Of a DNA stretch of 64,000 bases, positions 10,752 to 22,000 are shown one piece after another. This DNA comes from Candidatus Latescibacterota bacterium (GTDB lineage Bacteria > Latescibacterota > UBA2968), in the NCBI GenBank assembly GCA_965222605.1, contig OZ244960.1:3488001-3552000 (forward strand), written 5' to 3'. The position numbers were made by a program, and so were the translations under genes. The notes beneath the pieces are model-generated. The model saw only the letters and a list, made by a program, of their open reading frames with translations. It did no database searches and was not told where the DNA came from. How positions within the stretch are numbered: position 1 is the first letter of the stretch; each line of letters starts with the position of its first letter.

Positions 10752-10786
10752 TGGCCTGACCGCGCAACCTGTGTGCGGTCAGGCCA
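10752..10786. other. GC-rich intergenic hairpin after the TBDR gene (no U-tract)
   Basis: TGGCCTGACCGC-loop-GCGGTCAGGCCA, a perfect 12-bp stem. Confidence 0.7.
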
Positions 10787-10800
10787 TCGACTAAGTGTGA

Positions 10801-13800
10801 TTAGAACTTGAACCGCGCACCCAGCACAATTGACCGGGGACGTCCCAAACCGTCGTTGTACCGCGTCAGTTCAGCTATATCGCCAAATTGATCGAACTTA
10901 CCATCGCCCGGCGGCGGCAGAAGCAGTCCGTACTGAATCGTGCGGAAACCGGTCGATAGGTCATCCCGTTGCCCGAAGAAATTTCGCACCTCGACAAAGG
11001 CGGTTGCCAATGCGGTCTCGCCGATGTTGAAATCCTTTTCTGCACTCACATCGGCCACGGTGGTCACCGGTCTGTTTCGACGCTGCGCGGGACCAATCGG
11101 GGGCGAGTAGTTCCAGGGGCTTCCGGTCTGCATCTGCCAGATCAGCGTTGCCCGAAGGCCGGCCAGTGGCACAATGTGGTAATCTGGCGGCGAAGAAAAG
11201 AGGAGTTGAATACTGGCAAAATTGCGCCGATCCAGGCCACCATCCAGACTCGGGATGCTGTAAGAGCCGACATTGAATGCATAGAGTCCGGGCACAATTA
11301 CCACTGGCTGTTCCCAGAACCCGCTGAACTTGGGCACTTTATTATCCGCCAATTTCTTGTAGCCCCGGGCGATGTCGTCTGCGAGGGCGGCCAGCGACGC
11401 CCGTTCGGCTGCATCGGGCGTGCGGGGAAATTCCTGCCCGGTGTTGTCAAATGTCACGCCGGCAAAGTACAGGTCGCTTTTCACAAACTCGCCCGTCGCC
11501 ACATAAGTCCAGTCCTGAGCGCGTCTGCCGCCCGAGTGCGATTTGGCCCAGTTCAAATTGTAGGCCACGTTGAATGCGATCATATCTTTGAATTTTTTCG
11601 AGAACGACAACTCGAACCCGCGCGAGGTGGAAAACCGCCGGTTCCACTGTCCGTGGTCATACGCCGAGTTTTTCCCCCGAAACGGATCGTGGACGTAATT
11701 GTCCGAGTCGCCCTGCCTCCCTTCCTGATCTTTATAGAAGGATGTGAGGGCTATGACGTACGGTCCAGCAAAGTTCCACTCGAAACCCACTTCAAACTGC
11801 GTGGTCTTTTCGGGCTTTACATTGACATTGCCGAAATCCGCGGCCAGCGGATAGGTCAGCGCGTTCATGATTTCATTCTGTTCGATTACCCCGTCGCCAT
11901 CCACATCTCGATCTGCACCCGAGGCTGAGAACAACCGCGTGTAGAGGTTCTGCATGTCAAAAAACTGGTGGAACTGTCCTGTGAAGAACCGGATGAACGA
12001 GCGGTCTGTAATCGGATGAGAAATTCCGATGCGAGGGCTGAATGCCTTCTGTGTCGGTGAATCCACGATGGGCACGTTTCGCCAGCGCGTCAGCGAGTTA
12101 TAGTGGAACCAGAGCGGGTGGTCCATCGCGCGGCCAAAAGAATCGCCCGGGTCGAGGAGATCCGCTCGGAAACCCAGGTTGACTACCAGGCCCTCAAATT
12201 CCATTTTGTCCTGAATGTATGCCGCATAGGTGATCGGATTGAAGCCTTCCATCCCGATAATGGGGTCGCCCTTGCCCACCAGACGGATTTCGCGGTTGCG
12301 AGAGGTTTCAAAGATCTCTTCGTGCTGGTAGATGTCGTAGCGAATGATCTCAAATCCCGCCTTTGCGAAATGCCCTTTGTGCAACTGGCTGCTCAGGTCG
12401 GCTTTCAAAAGCACGCGGTTTCGACGGGCGTACTGAAATGCGTGGATATTCCTATCGACGAAAAATCCCTGCGCGTCCCGCGTTACATCTTCGGTCGCTG
12501 CCGGCACATCGGACGTATCCTGCGCTGTTCGCTGATAGGAAATCCGAATATCGTAAAATGTTTTCGACGAAAGCGTGTGTGTGAACACCCCGTACACAAC
12601 CTGATCAGTCCTGGGGTTTTTGCCCGCACCATTGCTGGACAGGAACAAATTATTGCCAGTTTGTCCAATGCCGCGAATGCCGCCAGCCGGTGTATCGGTG
12701 GTTTCAAAGCCGGTGTTAATGTCCCGACCGCCGTCGTGGAAGATGTTTCTATAGACCCATGTTCCACCCGCCTTGAACTTCATATTGCCCGAAGGGCGGT
12801 ATGTGATATTGCCCGAGGAATTGAAATTTTTTGGCTCTGAATCGGTTGGATTGGGATATACGGGCGCTCTTCGGGAGGTGGTGCCGCCCGTGAAAAATCC
12901 GATGTTCGGGGTGATCGGTCCCGAGATATTGGCCTCGAAGAGGTGTCCGAGCTTTTCGTCGTAATTGGTGCGCTTCCCGGAATGAATGCCGCTGTAATCG
13001 GCGCGGCCTTCCAGCAAGGGGCTGTCATAGACACTGCTACCCCAGTGCTTTCGCCCCGGCAGGGTCAAGCGGTACTCGCCCAATCCGGAATACCGGTCTT
13101 TATTTTCGCGGCTTACCAGGCTTATTACACCGCCCTGTGCATTCCCATATTCGGCATTCATGCCGCCGTTATAGACCGACACTTCCTGAATGGCGCCCCG
13201 AGACACGCTGTTGACTTGCGACATCGTGACATTATCCAGACCGTCGTTATTCGCCAGCCGAATGCCATCGATTTCAACCATGACCTCGTTGTTGCCGCGC
13301 CGTCCGCCGACCCGGCTCGCGCGAATCCGCAGGTTGCCGTCCAGCGAAACACCGGGTTGGAGCATAATGACTTCGGCTGTAGAGCGCGCCAGTGGCACAT
13401 TCTCCACATCTTCGGTGCTCACCACGTACCGCGTCACGGTCTTATCTACTTCTACGGGAGGGCGCTCGGCCACCACCACCAATTCACCCAGTTCGACAGC
13501 GGCTTCCTGAAGTCTGAACTCCACGGTGGTCGTCAGGTCCGCTCGCACCGCAATATTTTGCAAGATCTCTGCATTGTATCCCACCAGAGACGCTTCCAAC
13601 TCGTAGGCCCCTGGATCTACCGACAAAATTAAAAAATAGCCTTCTGAGTCGGCTGTTGCGCCGCGTTGCGTGCCTTTTATCAGCACGTTGGCGCCCGGCA
13701 ACGGCTCGCCCGAGGCGTCTTTGACCGTGCCGTTGATTTTACCTACTGTACCGGCCATGCCCTCTGAGGGCCAGAAACCAAATAGTGCCAGCAGAACACA

Positions 13801-13824
13801 GGCCAGACGTAATTTGTACCTCAT
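10801..13824 (-). CDS. TonB-dependent receptor
   Basis: Signal peptide, CarboxypepD_reg-like N-terminus, plug GGMNAEYGNAQGGVI, YIQDKMEFEGLVVNLGFRAD, C-terminal PRSIVLGARFKF. Confidence 0.95.
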   Translation of the reverse strand: MRYKLRLACVLLALFGFWPSEGMAGTVGKINGTVKDASGEPLPGANVLIKGTQRGATADSEGYFLILSVDPGAYELEASLVGYNAEILQNIAVRADLTTTVEFRLQEAAVELGELVVVAERPPVEVDKTVTRYVVSTEDVENVPLARSTAEVIMLQPGVSLDGNLRIRASRVGGRRGNNEVMVEIDGIRLANNDGLDNVTMSQVNSVSRGAIQEVSVYNGGMNAEYGNAQGGVISLVSRENKDRYSGLGEYRLTLPGRKHWGSSVYDSPLLEGRADYSGIHSGKRTNYDEKLGHLFEANISGPITPNIGFFTGGTTSRRAPVYPNPTDSEPKNFNSSGNITYRPSGNMKFKAGGTWVYRNIFHDGGRDINTGFETTDTPAGGIRGIGQTGNNLFLSSNGAGKNPRTDQVVYGVFTHTLSSKTFYDIRISYQRTAQDTSDVPAATEDVTRDAQGFFVDRNIHAFQYARRNRVLLKADLSSQLHKGHFAKAGFEIIRYDIYQHEEIFETSRNREIRLVGKGDPIIGMEGFNPITYAAYIQDKMEFEGLVVNLGFRADLLDPGDSFGRAMDHPLWFHYNSLTRWRNVPIVDSPTQKAFSPRIGISHPITDRSFIRFFTGQFHQFFDMQNLYTRLFSASGADRDVDGDGVIEQNEIMNALTYPLAADFGNVNVKPEKTTQFEVGFEWNFAGPYVIALTSFYKDQEGRQGDSDNYVHDPFRGKNSAYDHGQWNRRFSTSRGFELSFSKKFKDMIAFNVAYNLNWAKSHSGGRRAQDWTYVATGEFVKSDLYFAGVTFDNTGQEFPRTPDAAERASLAALADDIARGYKKLADNKVPKFSGFWEQPVVIVPGLYAFNVGSYSIPSLDGGLDRRNFASIQLLFSSPPDYHIVPLAGLRATLIWQMQTGSPWNYSPPIGPAQRRNRPVTTVADVSAEKDFNIGETALATAFVEVRNFFGQRDDLSTGFRTIQYGLLLPPPGDGKFDQFGDIAELTRYNDGLGRPRSIVLGARFKF

Positions 13825-13841
13825 ATCTCAATCTCCTTTGC

Positions 13842-14555
13842 TCAATTGGCGAAATAGAACTTGATCCGCGCGCCGCCGTTAAACTTGTGAAAGGGGTATG
13901 CCTTCTCCAGCCCCCAGGCTTCCATGGATCGCGTCTCTCCCCAGATAATATGGTATTGTCCGCGAATATCGATGGCGACGGACTGCGAGGCAAAATACTC
14001 GATACCGAATCCCAAACTCACGCCGGGTTCTGTGCGGACATCTTCTGCGGGTCGCAACAAAACGTTCGGGTCAATGGTCGTGCCACTCTGCCCCGGATAG
14101 ATCAGCCCACTCATCTTGTTTTTAAAGTGGTAGAAGCCCGCGCCAATGAGGAGATACGGCGCTCCTCCACCCGATTCCATCTTTTCACCACCCCTGTTGA
14201 AGTGATAAAGAAAGTTCGCTGATAGGCTTGCCCACACCATCTCTGAGTTGGCATTTGGGCTGTTGTAGCTTTGTCCATCGCCTCCAAAGAGAAAGCTCCT
14301 TTTCTCTAAATCTCCGGAACTATATTTGGTATATTGACCGTCCAGTTCAAACGTCCAGGTGGCGTTCTTGACGTTTACAATGGACGCCCCCACGTTGACC
14401 CCGCCGGAAGGAAACCAGCTATTCAGCGCGAATAGTGGCATTTCGTAATTGGCCACAATGCCCATTCCCCATGTGCCGTCAACTTCCGACTGACCTGTAC
14501 CCGGTATGGAAAACAACAGCGTCAGGCACAAAAAACCAGCTTTTCCATATTTCAT
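13842..14555 (-). CDS. Small outer-membrane beta-barrel protein
   Basis: ATG 14555 after AAAGGAGGAG RBS; paralog of 1813-2511. Confidence 0.8.
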   Translation of the reverse strand: MKYGKAGFLCLTLLFSIPGTGQSEVDGTWGMGIVANYEMPLFALNSWFPSGGVNVGASIVNVKNATWTFELDGQYTKYSSGDLEKRSFLFGGDGQSYNSPNANSEMVWASLSANFLYHFNRGGEKMESGGGAPYLLIGAGFYHFKNKMSGLIYPGQSGTTIDPNVLLRPAEDVRTEPGVSLGFGIEYFASQSVAIDIRGQYHIIWGETRSMEAWGLEKAYPFHKFNGGARIKFYFAN

Positions 14556-14716
14556 ACGCACTCCTCCTTTGCTGTTTACTGCATTTGAAAAACACATCTA
14601 TCTTGAAGCCATAGGCATAACCCCTTTCGGACCGCGGATGAAATGTGGTCTTAGTTGGACACCTTTTCAGGCTGATGAGCCATAACGATTATTATGACTC
14701 ATTTCAACTTTGACTC

Positions 14717-14745
14717 ATGTTAATATTCAAATTAAGGCGGGTCAA
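14717..14745 (-). promoter_or_regulatory. sigma70-type promoter of TBDR operon 2
   Basis: Minus strand TTGACC-N17-TAACAT; duplicate of 2673-2701. Confidence 0.7.
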
Positions 14746-14794
14746 TCAAAAACGGTGGCGTTTCAAATCTATTTCACCATTTTTTTATAAAAAG

Positions 14795-14833
14795 AAAAAA
14801 CGCCCTGGCACGAGGCCAGAGCGTTTTTGTTTT
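14795..14833. terminator. Intrinsic terminator downstream of DUF1592 gene
   Basis: AAAAAACGC-C-CTGGC/GCCAG-A-GCGTTTTT hairpin flanked by A and T runs. Confidence 0.65.
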
Positions 14834-14888
14834 ACCCTTGTGAAGTTGGCGATTAAGTGGTCTTAAAAAAAGTTATTGACTTAATCTT

Positions 14889-14964
14889 CTGGACGCCTGC
14901 CTAAAACATGCAGGCGTGACGAGCAACAGGTGTCATTGCGGCATGGTTTTGAGCCGCAATCCAG
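14889..14964. repeat. REP-like inverted doublet (two palindromic units head to head)
   Basis: CTGGA-CGCCTGC-ctaaaacat-GCAGGCG-TGAC ... GTCA-TTGCGGC-atggttttga-GCCGCAA-TCCAG. Confidence 0.6.
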
Positions 14965-14970
14965 TTTGTT

Positions 14971-17436
14971 TTATTTGGTCAAGAATGGCTCACTTGTCGC
15001 CACGAGCATGACCAGGTCTTTCAAGCCGTAGCCCTGTGACTTCAAATTGTGTACGATGCGATCTATTTCGGAACGGTCGGTGGCTTCCAGTGTGCGTCCG
15101 GTCGCGTAGGTGAGCATCTTTTCGGTCAGACAGCGGGCAAATTGATCTTTCTTTGCCATGAGGATCTTTTTAAAGCCCACAAGGCCATCGAACTTGTTCC
15201 CGTCTGCCATGACGTCTGACGCATCTATTTTTGGTTTCTTGGGACCGTAACCATATCGCCACGCGCCTATGGGATTGTAATTCTCCAGTGCAAAGCCCAA
15301 TGGATCGATGTGGCGATGACATTCGTTACAGGTGGCGATTTTTCGGTGGTTTGCCAGTTGCTGGCGGATGGTCGTCGATCCCCGAATGTCGGGTTCGATC
15401 GGCTCAATATCGGGCAGTGGGGGCGGGGGTGTTATGCCCAATATGTTTTCCAATACCCATACCCCGCGCACCACGGGCGATGTTTCGATCCCATTGGAGG
15501 TTGCCGTCAATACGCTGGCGTGTCCCAGCAGGCCGCCGCGTTTGGGATCGTTGAGTTTCACTTTGCGAAATTTCCGGCCTTCTACGCCTTCTATGCGGTA
15601 TAACAAGCTCAGGTCGCGGTTGACGAAGGTGAAGTCCGAGTCGATGAAATGTGCGATGCTCATATTTTTGTCGAGGATGTGATTAAAAAAGGCGTGGGTT
15701 TCTTTTTTGATCGCGTCTTCGAGATGCGCCTGATAGTACAATCGGAAATTGCGCGGGTCGGGCGGCATTTCGCCGATTTTGTACAGAGCTAACCATCGCT
15801 CTGTGAAATTCTCCACAAATGCCTGCGCTTTTTCGTCTTTTAACATGCGATCAATTTGCGCGCGCAAATTGTCTGGCTTGTGCAATCGCTTCTTTTTCGC
15901 CAGCTTGAACAATTCTTCATCCGGCATGGATGACCAGAGAAAATACGATAGCTTGGACGCGAGTGCGTAGTCGTCTAATTGGCCTTCGTTTTCGTAGAGA
16001 TAGAGGAAATTGGGCGAGCACAAGATGGCTTTTAAGCCCATTTTGATGGCCTGAATGCGCGAGGCGCCGGCCTTTTCATGTTGATCTACCAGTTGCAGGA
16101 TATGGGCGATTTCACTGTGTTTGACCGGGCGGCGATACGCGCGTGTTGCAAAGCGCGTCAGGACATCGCGCGGTTTGACCTTGTTGGGATCGCGCTTGCC
16201 AAAAGTGCTCGTGTGCGAAGGCGGGGGCCACTGTTCGTAAAGGGGACCTTCGATTTCGACTCTATATATGCGAATGCTCGGTCCCTGATAATTCATTACT
16301 GCGACTTCGGTTTGCCGATGTACGAGTTGTTGACCTTCCTTTTGCGACAGTTTTCGCCGGTCTGTTTTGTCGTAGAGCTGGGGGTGATATCGCCTCAGAA
16401 TACTCCGCCAATAAAGCGTGATCGGTCCGTTAGGATAGGTGACGCGCGGTACATAGGATTCATCCAGCCAGAGTTCGCGCTCATAATCGCGGGGTTGTCC
16501 ATCTGCGATCATTTCAAATTCGGCCATCGGCACATCTGATGTGTTGCTTTGCCTCAAGTCGCCATAATGCCCGGACGCGGCGACAATGCCCATGCGTATG
16601 GGTTCATTTTCATCTGTTCGCAGGGCTTTGTCATAGGGGTGTTGCTGGTTGTGTGCGGATGCGCGAACGCGAACGCGATACATCCCCGAATGCGGCACAC
16701 CTTTTCGGAATCTGTCGATGGACATATATCCCCAGCGGTCATCGGGACGGCGGAATAGCTCATCGTATCCCTGTTTCAAGCGGCGGCTCGCCGGTGCCAA
16801 AAACCCACCGGCCGCGCGCATGATGGGAAACGTAAACTCGTAAGTTTTCACTTCTGGCGGTGGGCCGGGCAATACGGCGTGCTCTACGATTTGATCGGCT
16901 GCGTCGAGATATTTTTCGACCAGAAAATCCGACATGACGAGTGTTTTGCCGATGTTGTCAAATCCGTGTTCTTCATCGTCCTGGGGAAATGCATCTGTGG
17001 GATCGAACATGGTCATGTCCAGATGCAATAGGTCCCGAATTGTGTTGCGGTATTCTTTCCGATTCAAGCGGCGCAATACCGTCTGTCCGCCCGTGCTTTC
17101 TTCTGCTTCGTAATGCGCTTTTAGCGCGGCGGTGATCCAATCGATCACGGGCTTCATTTCAGCCAATTCGGGCTGCGGCTCTTCATAGGGCGGCATTAAG
17201 CCGAGATTTAACATATCCGCGATATTTTGCCACGTTAGCAAAACATCTTCGTCGTGGAAATTTAGTGTGAGGGTATCAAAGCGCTGATCGGCTTTTTGAA
17301 GCTCTGCGCCGTGGCATTTATAACACCGCTGCGCCAAAAATGTCCGCACGGTATTTTTGTATGTCGCATCCCCTTCTGCCCAGGCAGTCGTTGAGAATAA
17401 AATGCCAATCAGGAGGGATAGAACGCTTTTTTTCAT
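14971..17436 (-). CDS. DUF1592-family protein (planctomycete-type cytochrome c + DUF1587/1595/1592/1588/1585)
   Basis: CYKCH and CNECH heme motifs, LRRLNRKEYRNT, LSYFLWSSMPD, TSPVVRGVWV, IDPLGFALE. Confidence 0.9.
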   Translation of the reverse strand: MKKSVLSLLIGILFSTTAWAEGDATYKNTVRTFLAQRCYKCHGAELQKADQRFDTLTLNFHDEDVLLTWQNIADMLNLGLMPPYEEPQPELAEMKPVIDWITAALKAHYEAEESTGGQTVLRRLNRKEYRNTIRDLLHLDMTMFDPTDAFPQDDEEHGFDNIGKTLVMSDFLVEKYLDAADQIVEHAVLPGPPPEVKTYEFTFPIMRAAGGFLAPASRRLKQGYDELFRRPDDRWGYMSIDRFRKGVPHSGMYRVRVRASAHNQQHPYDKALRTDENEPIRMGIVAASGHYGDLRQSNTSDVPMAEFEMIADGQPRDYERELWLDESYVPRVTYPNGPITLYWRSILRRYHPQLYDKTDRRKLSQKEGQQLVHRQTEVAVMNYQGPSIRIYRVEIEGPLYEQWPPPSHTSTFGKRDPNKVKPRDVLTRFATRAYRRPVKHSEIAHILQLVDQHEKAGASRIQAIKMGLKAILCSPNFLYLYENEGQLDDYALASKLSYFLWSSMPDEELFKLAKKKRLHKPDNLRAQIDRMLKDEKAQAFVENFTERWLALYKIGEMPPDPRNFRLYYQAHLEDAIKKETHAFFNHILDKNMSIAHFIDSDFTFVNRDLSLLYRIEGVEGRKFRKVKLNDPKRGGLLGHASVLTATSNGIETSPVVRGVWVLENILGITPPPPLPDIEPIEPDIRGSTTIRQQLANHRKIATCNECHRHIDPLGFALENYNPIGAWRYGYGPKKPKIDASDVMADGNKFDGLVGFKKILMAKKDQFARCLTEKMLTYATGRTLEATDRSEIDRIVHNLKSQGYGLKDLVMLVATSEPFLTK

Positions 17437-18710
17437 TTTAATTCAAATCCTTTCAGCGTACCGGTGCTTTGGCCAAAGTGATCGGTTTCCAGTCCAAAAT
17501 TTTGTAACATCGACACGTACAAATTGCTCAACGGAATGCGCTGGGGCTTTGCTTCTGGAAATACCATGTGTTGCCCGTGTTTGAATCCGCCGCCCGCGAG
17601 CAAAATGGGCAAGCTTTTATTGGAATGCGAACTGCCGTTGCCCATGCCGCTGCCCGATAACACCATCGTCTGGTCAAACAGCGTTCCCCCTGCGGGGTCT
17701 TCAATGGCTTTGAGTTTGTCAAAGAACAGGCCGAGGTGTTTCATCTGATATCTTTCAATTATTGTCAAGCCTTCCATGAGTTCGGGCAATTTGCCGTGGT
17801 GCGAGTATTTGTGGTAATTCGTATTCAGGCCCAAATCCGTGGTTTTGATCCCCATGCCCACTTCCAGGGTTGCAACTCGCGTGGAATTGGTTTGCAGGGC
17901 GAGGGCAATCAGGTCGTACATCAAGGGCAGGGTTTCGACAAAAGGGCCATTTTCCGGCATGTCCATATTGACCTGGGGTTTGGGTTTGTCCAGCCACGCT
18001 TTGGACATGCCCAGCTTTTTCTCAACTGTGCGTACAGAGGTCAGATATTCTTCCAGTTTTTCCCGGTCTCTTTGGCCCAGTTTGCGCTCAAAGGATCGCG
18101 CTTCTCCCATTACGGCGTCTAAGATGCTGCCGTGCTGATCGAGTGCGATTGCACGCTGTTCTTTTTCTTTTGCGGTCGTATCTACAAATAGTGCCTGGAA
18201 TACTTTTTGGGGATTGTTAATTGGCGGCACCCGCACGCCCGTGCGCGTCCAGCTCATTTCGCAGTGGCCATTGATGCTTACATTCAACGAGGGGAACCGC
18301 GTGTTGACGCCCACAAATTCCGCGGCTTTTTGATCGATGCTGATGTTGCCTTCGGGCATCATTTTGGCGTCTTTGATTCGGATGCCGCTCAAAAATGTGT
18401 GCGCGGTGCGGTGTCCGCCGGTTACACCGTGGTCCAGATTGGAAAAGATCGTGAAATCTCGCTGATGCGCTGATAGTGGTTGTAGGAGTGTGGGGAGTGT
18501 GTAATTTGCGCCGCCTTCTGTTGGGAAGAATCGCTCGGGGATCATCCCAAAGGGATTGCCAATACATACCAGCCGCTTTGCGGTCTGTGCGCGGGCAAGC
18601 GCAAATGCTTGACTCGCAGCCCGCCCCACGGGAATCATGGCATCTAAAAACGGCAATGCCAGACAAACACCTGCACTCCTGAGAAACGTACGCCGGTTCA
18701 GTGATTTCAT
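17433..18710 (-). CDS. DUF1552-family Tat-exported protein
   Basis: LNRRTFLRSAGVCLALPFLDAM Tat signal; ISIDQ; GSGMGNGSSHS..LPILLAGG. ATG 18710 has an AAGGAG RBS. Confidence 0.9.
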   Translation of the reverse strand: MKSLNRRTFLRSAGVCLALPFLDAMIPVGRAASQAFALARAQTAKRLVCIGNPFGMIPERFFPTEGGANYTLPTLLQPLSAHQRDFTIFSNLDHGVTGGHRTAHTFLSGIRIKDAKMMPEGNISIDQKAAEFVGVNTRFPSLNVSINGHCEMSWTRTGVRVPPINNPQKVFQALFVDTTAKEKEQRAIALDQHGSILDAVMGEARSFERKLGQRDREKLEEYLTSVRTVEKKLGMSKAWLDKPKPQVNMDMPENGPFVETLPLMYDLIALALQTNSTRVATLEVGMGIKTTDLGLNTNYHKYSHHGKLPELMEGLTIIERYQMKHLGLFFDKLKAIEDPAGGTLFDQTMVLSGSGMGNGSSHSNKSLPILLAGGGFKHGQHMVFPEAKPQRIPLSNLYVSMLQNFGLETDHFGQSTGTLKGFELK

Positions 18711-18732
18711 AAGTGACTCCTTTTTCATTGCG

Positions 18733-18769
18733 ATTTACATTTATTTACATTATTTACATTTATTTACAC
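18733..18769. repeat. Four tandem ATTTACA direct repeats (9-10 bp period) upstream of DUF1552
   Basis: atttacatt tatttacat tatttacatt tatttacac. Confidence 0.7.
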
Positions 18770-19071
18770 TATTATGATGATTGCGAACTGAGGTATATAG
18801 ATAACGAAAATTGTGGTCTGTGACAAGAAAAAATTCTACGGGATTATACAGGGCCTTAAGCGTATTACACGCTTATATGGATGCTTTAGATTCATAAAAC
18901 CAATGACCGAAACGCCGAACGCCGCAGGACATTGTTGTTTATTTTTCTTGAATTGAATTTTGGTTATGTACTATTTTTGGAGTAAATTTTTGGGACCTAT
19001 ACCTTTTTAGAGGCGTTTCTAATTGAGATAGAAACCGTATTGGACTGTTTTTTAAAAAAAGGAAAATAATT

Positions 19072-22000
19072 ATGCGTATCGCGACGGTATTTTTGAGTTT
19101 GATAGTCGCTGTTTTTGAAATACACGCCAGCGAGACGGACCTCCCGCCGCGCGGAGAAGGATCCATAGCTTTTGAGATCGATGTGTGCAGTTTTCGATAT
19201 CGGGGCCGCGAGGGATTCGAAGAAGTAACCCTGCGCTTTCCCGTCGCGCAGTTTGCATTTTTGAGACAAGATTCGGGGATTTATCTCGCGCGGTACAAGC
19301 CTTCGCTGCGGGTCTTAAACGATGCCGGAGAGATTGTGCAACAGGTGGAGGCGGGAAGCAGGCTGACAGCCGAATCGCTGGAAGCCACCGTCGATACAGA
19401 CCGCATGGTATATGACATGGTGCAGGTGCGCCTGCCCGCAGGTCGCTATCGCGGAGAACTGACCTTGAGTGACTTGCAGGCCGACCGGGCGGGATTGGCG
19501 GTATTTTCTCTCGATGTACCCACTTATGATCCCGGAAAAATAGGCATGAGCGATCTGTATTTGTCCTCTGGATTCAATCCACAGGGGGCAGGAGAGAGCC
19601 TTGAGATGTTTCGAAAAGATGGGCGATTGATACTGCCCAACCCTGCGCGGCAATATCGGCGGGGGAATCCGCTCTACCTGTATTTTGAGGTGTATTATCT
19701 GGGCTATCAGAGTCATCGGGTTGCAATGCAGATAGAAGACCGATACGGACATCGCCTTTGGCGTGACCAGCGGTCATTTCCGGGCTATCGGGGTGAAGTC
19801 AAATTTGCCGAGGGTATTCCCACCCATGAACTGCTGCCGGGGACATACACGTTGCGGGTTCAAGTGGCAGCCGGGCGGGATACACTCGTATCGGCTCGAA
19901 AATTTGAGGTGATGGGTGAGACGCTTGTTCCGGCTTCGGGTTTTGATGATCGGCGAGCAAAAACAGCGCAGCATTTATTAAAATGGTTTGGTGGATCCGA
20001 GGTTGAAGCCACTTATACTGGCTTGGGACGCGCAGACCGTGCGGCATTTCTCTACGGGTTCTGGATGGACCGCAATCCGATTGTGGCGCGGTCGTATTAC
20101 AATCCGCTGCTCGGTTTCGGTGCGCCTCCTGACTTAGATGGGGCGATGATCACAGCCCTGGGCAGGCGCAAAGAAATGGCAAGGCATATCGATCCGCGCT
20201 ATGCGGCCCGACAGGTGTTGCCGGATACAGTACAGGCAAGAGATGCGCTGAAGGTGCTCAACGCGCTTCTCGAGGAAGATGGAAACGATTTGATGGGACG
20301 AGCCGCGCAGGGATATGCCTATTTGTTTGCGAGCAATTTACCCTATGCGGAACAGACGTTTAACTCGGCGTTGAACGCAGGTGGGGTATTGCCCGAAGTG
20401 TACAACGGTGTGGGGATATCCCATATCGGACGCAGGCGGTGGGACGAGGCCGTGGCGGCTTATGATCAGGTTTTGGTTCTTCGCCCCAATTGGAAGACCG
20501 CGCAGGTCAACCGCGCGCTTGCCCGTTTGTTGGGGGGCAAACAGCGGGCAGAAGACGCCTTGAAGGAGGCGATTGAAGCCTATCCGCATCACCCGGAGTT
20601 GCTGTATTTGCTCGGGCGGGTGTTTGAACGCGAGGGCAAGGTCGAATCTGCCGAGAAAGCCTATACCCGACAGACTGTGGTAAATCCGATGCACGCGCGG
20701 GCGCGATTCGATCTGGGGCGGGTATGGTTGAAACGAGGACAACGCGCAAGGGCGACGCGCGTGTGGCGCGAGTTGATGGATACGCGCCCCGAACTGCGTG
20801 CGGAATGTCTTCCCTTGCTCCTAAGTGTGTATCAGCGGATGGGTGAAACAGGAGAGGCGCAAAAGGTAATGGCCGAGTATTTGCGTACGGTAGATGGCGA
20901 TATGCACGGCCTTCTGCAAGATATTCGATTATTGGCGACGGTGAAAGAGGTTGCCGCTTATGAAGCATTGCCGCCCGAGCAGCAGCCGATTTTTGTGCGG
21001 ATGTTCTGGCAGCGCCGCGATCCCACGCCGGCCACGCCGGGCAATGAGCGTCTGGTGGAGCACTATCGGCGAGTATTATATGCAATGCAACATTTTTCCA
21101 CTGGGCAAAAGCCGTGGGACAAACGCGGAGAGATTTATATTCGCTATGGAGAACCGGCACACAAGAGCCGCGCAGGCGATGTGCGCTATGAGATGGATCC
21201 GGATGTGGTGCGGGTTAAGGAGCGATTGTGGATGAGCTTGACTCCCGAGGCGCATAAAGAGATTATTGCGCGGATGGGCAGGCTGCGGACATCGACGCGG
21301 GATGTGCAATATCAAGGCGAAGATGCCGGGGATTTGATTGTTTCAGATTTTGAGTCTATTGATTACGAATTAAATCCCAATCGCACGTTTTTTGGGGGTG
21401 GTGCTGATCGCAATGATGGAAAATATTATGACGATGTTCAGGATTCGCACCGCGATCGCGATGCGGGTATGACGAATATTCGGGGTTTTCCCATCTTTCC
21501 CATTGATGGCGGGACGCGCTGGGAATATTGGATTTATCCCGATGTGGCAGGTGGTATTGAGGTCGTTTTTTCGGCGTTGGATTCTCGCGGTGCATTCGAT
21601 TTCCCCGATATGCCGCAGGGTCGCGTGCTGTCAACTTTTAATCAGAGCCAATGGACAGCAAAAAGACCCGATCGGGTGATGGCGCGGGCGGTGCGGCAAC
21701 AATCTGAAATTTATCGGCCCGTAACAGATGATTTAGCGTTTCACTTCGATGCGATAGATTTTCGCGGGGAGAGTCCGCGCAGCCGGTTAGAGGTCTATTA
21801 CGGTGTGCCTTTAGTTGCTCTGATTGATTCGGAGCGAATAGAAGGTCAAGTTGAACGGGGTATTGCTCTGTTTGACAGTACGTGGACACCGGTTTTTCGG
21901 AAGGTCGCCGGGTTGCCTTTTGCCGTGTCAGATGATACTGAGGTGGGTAGTGGAACACTATTGATTGATGAATTGGCACTTAATGTGCCGCCGGGCAAAT

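Noticed and set aside
10969-13632. Long antisense ORFs (10969-11928, 12103-12840, 12943-13632; likewise 24178-25245, 34818-35600)
   Set aside because: They are shadows of well-supported genes on the opposite strand and have no motifs.
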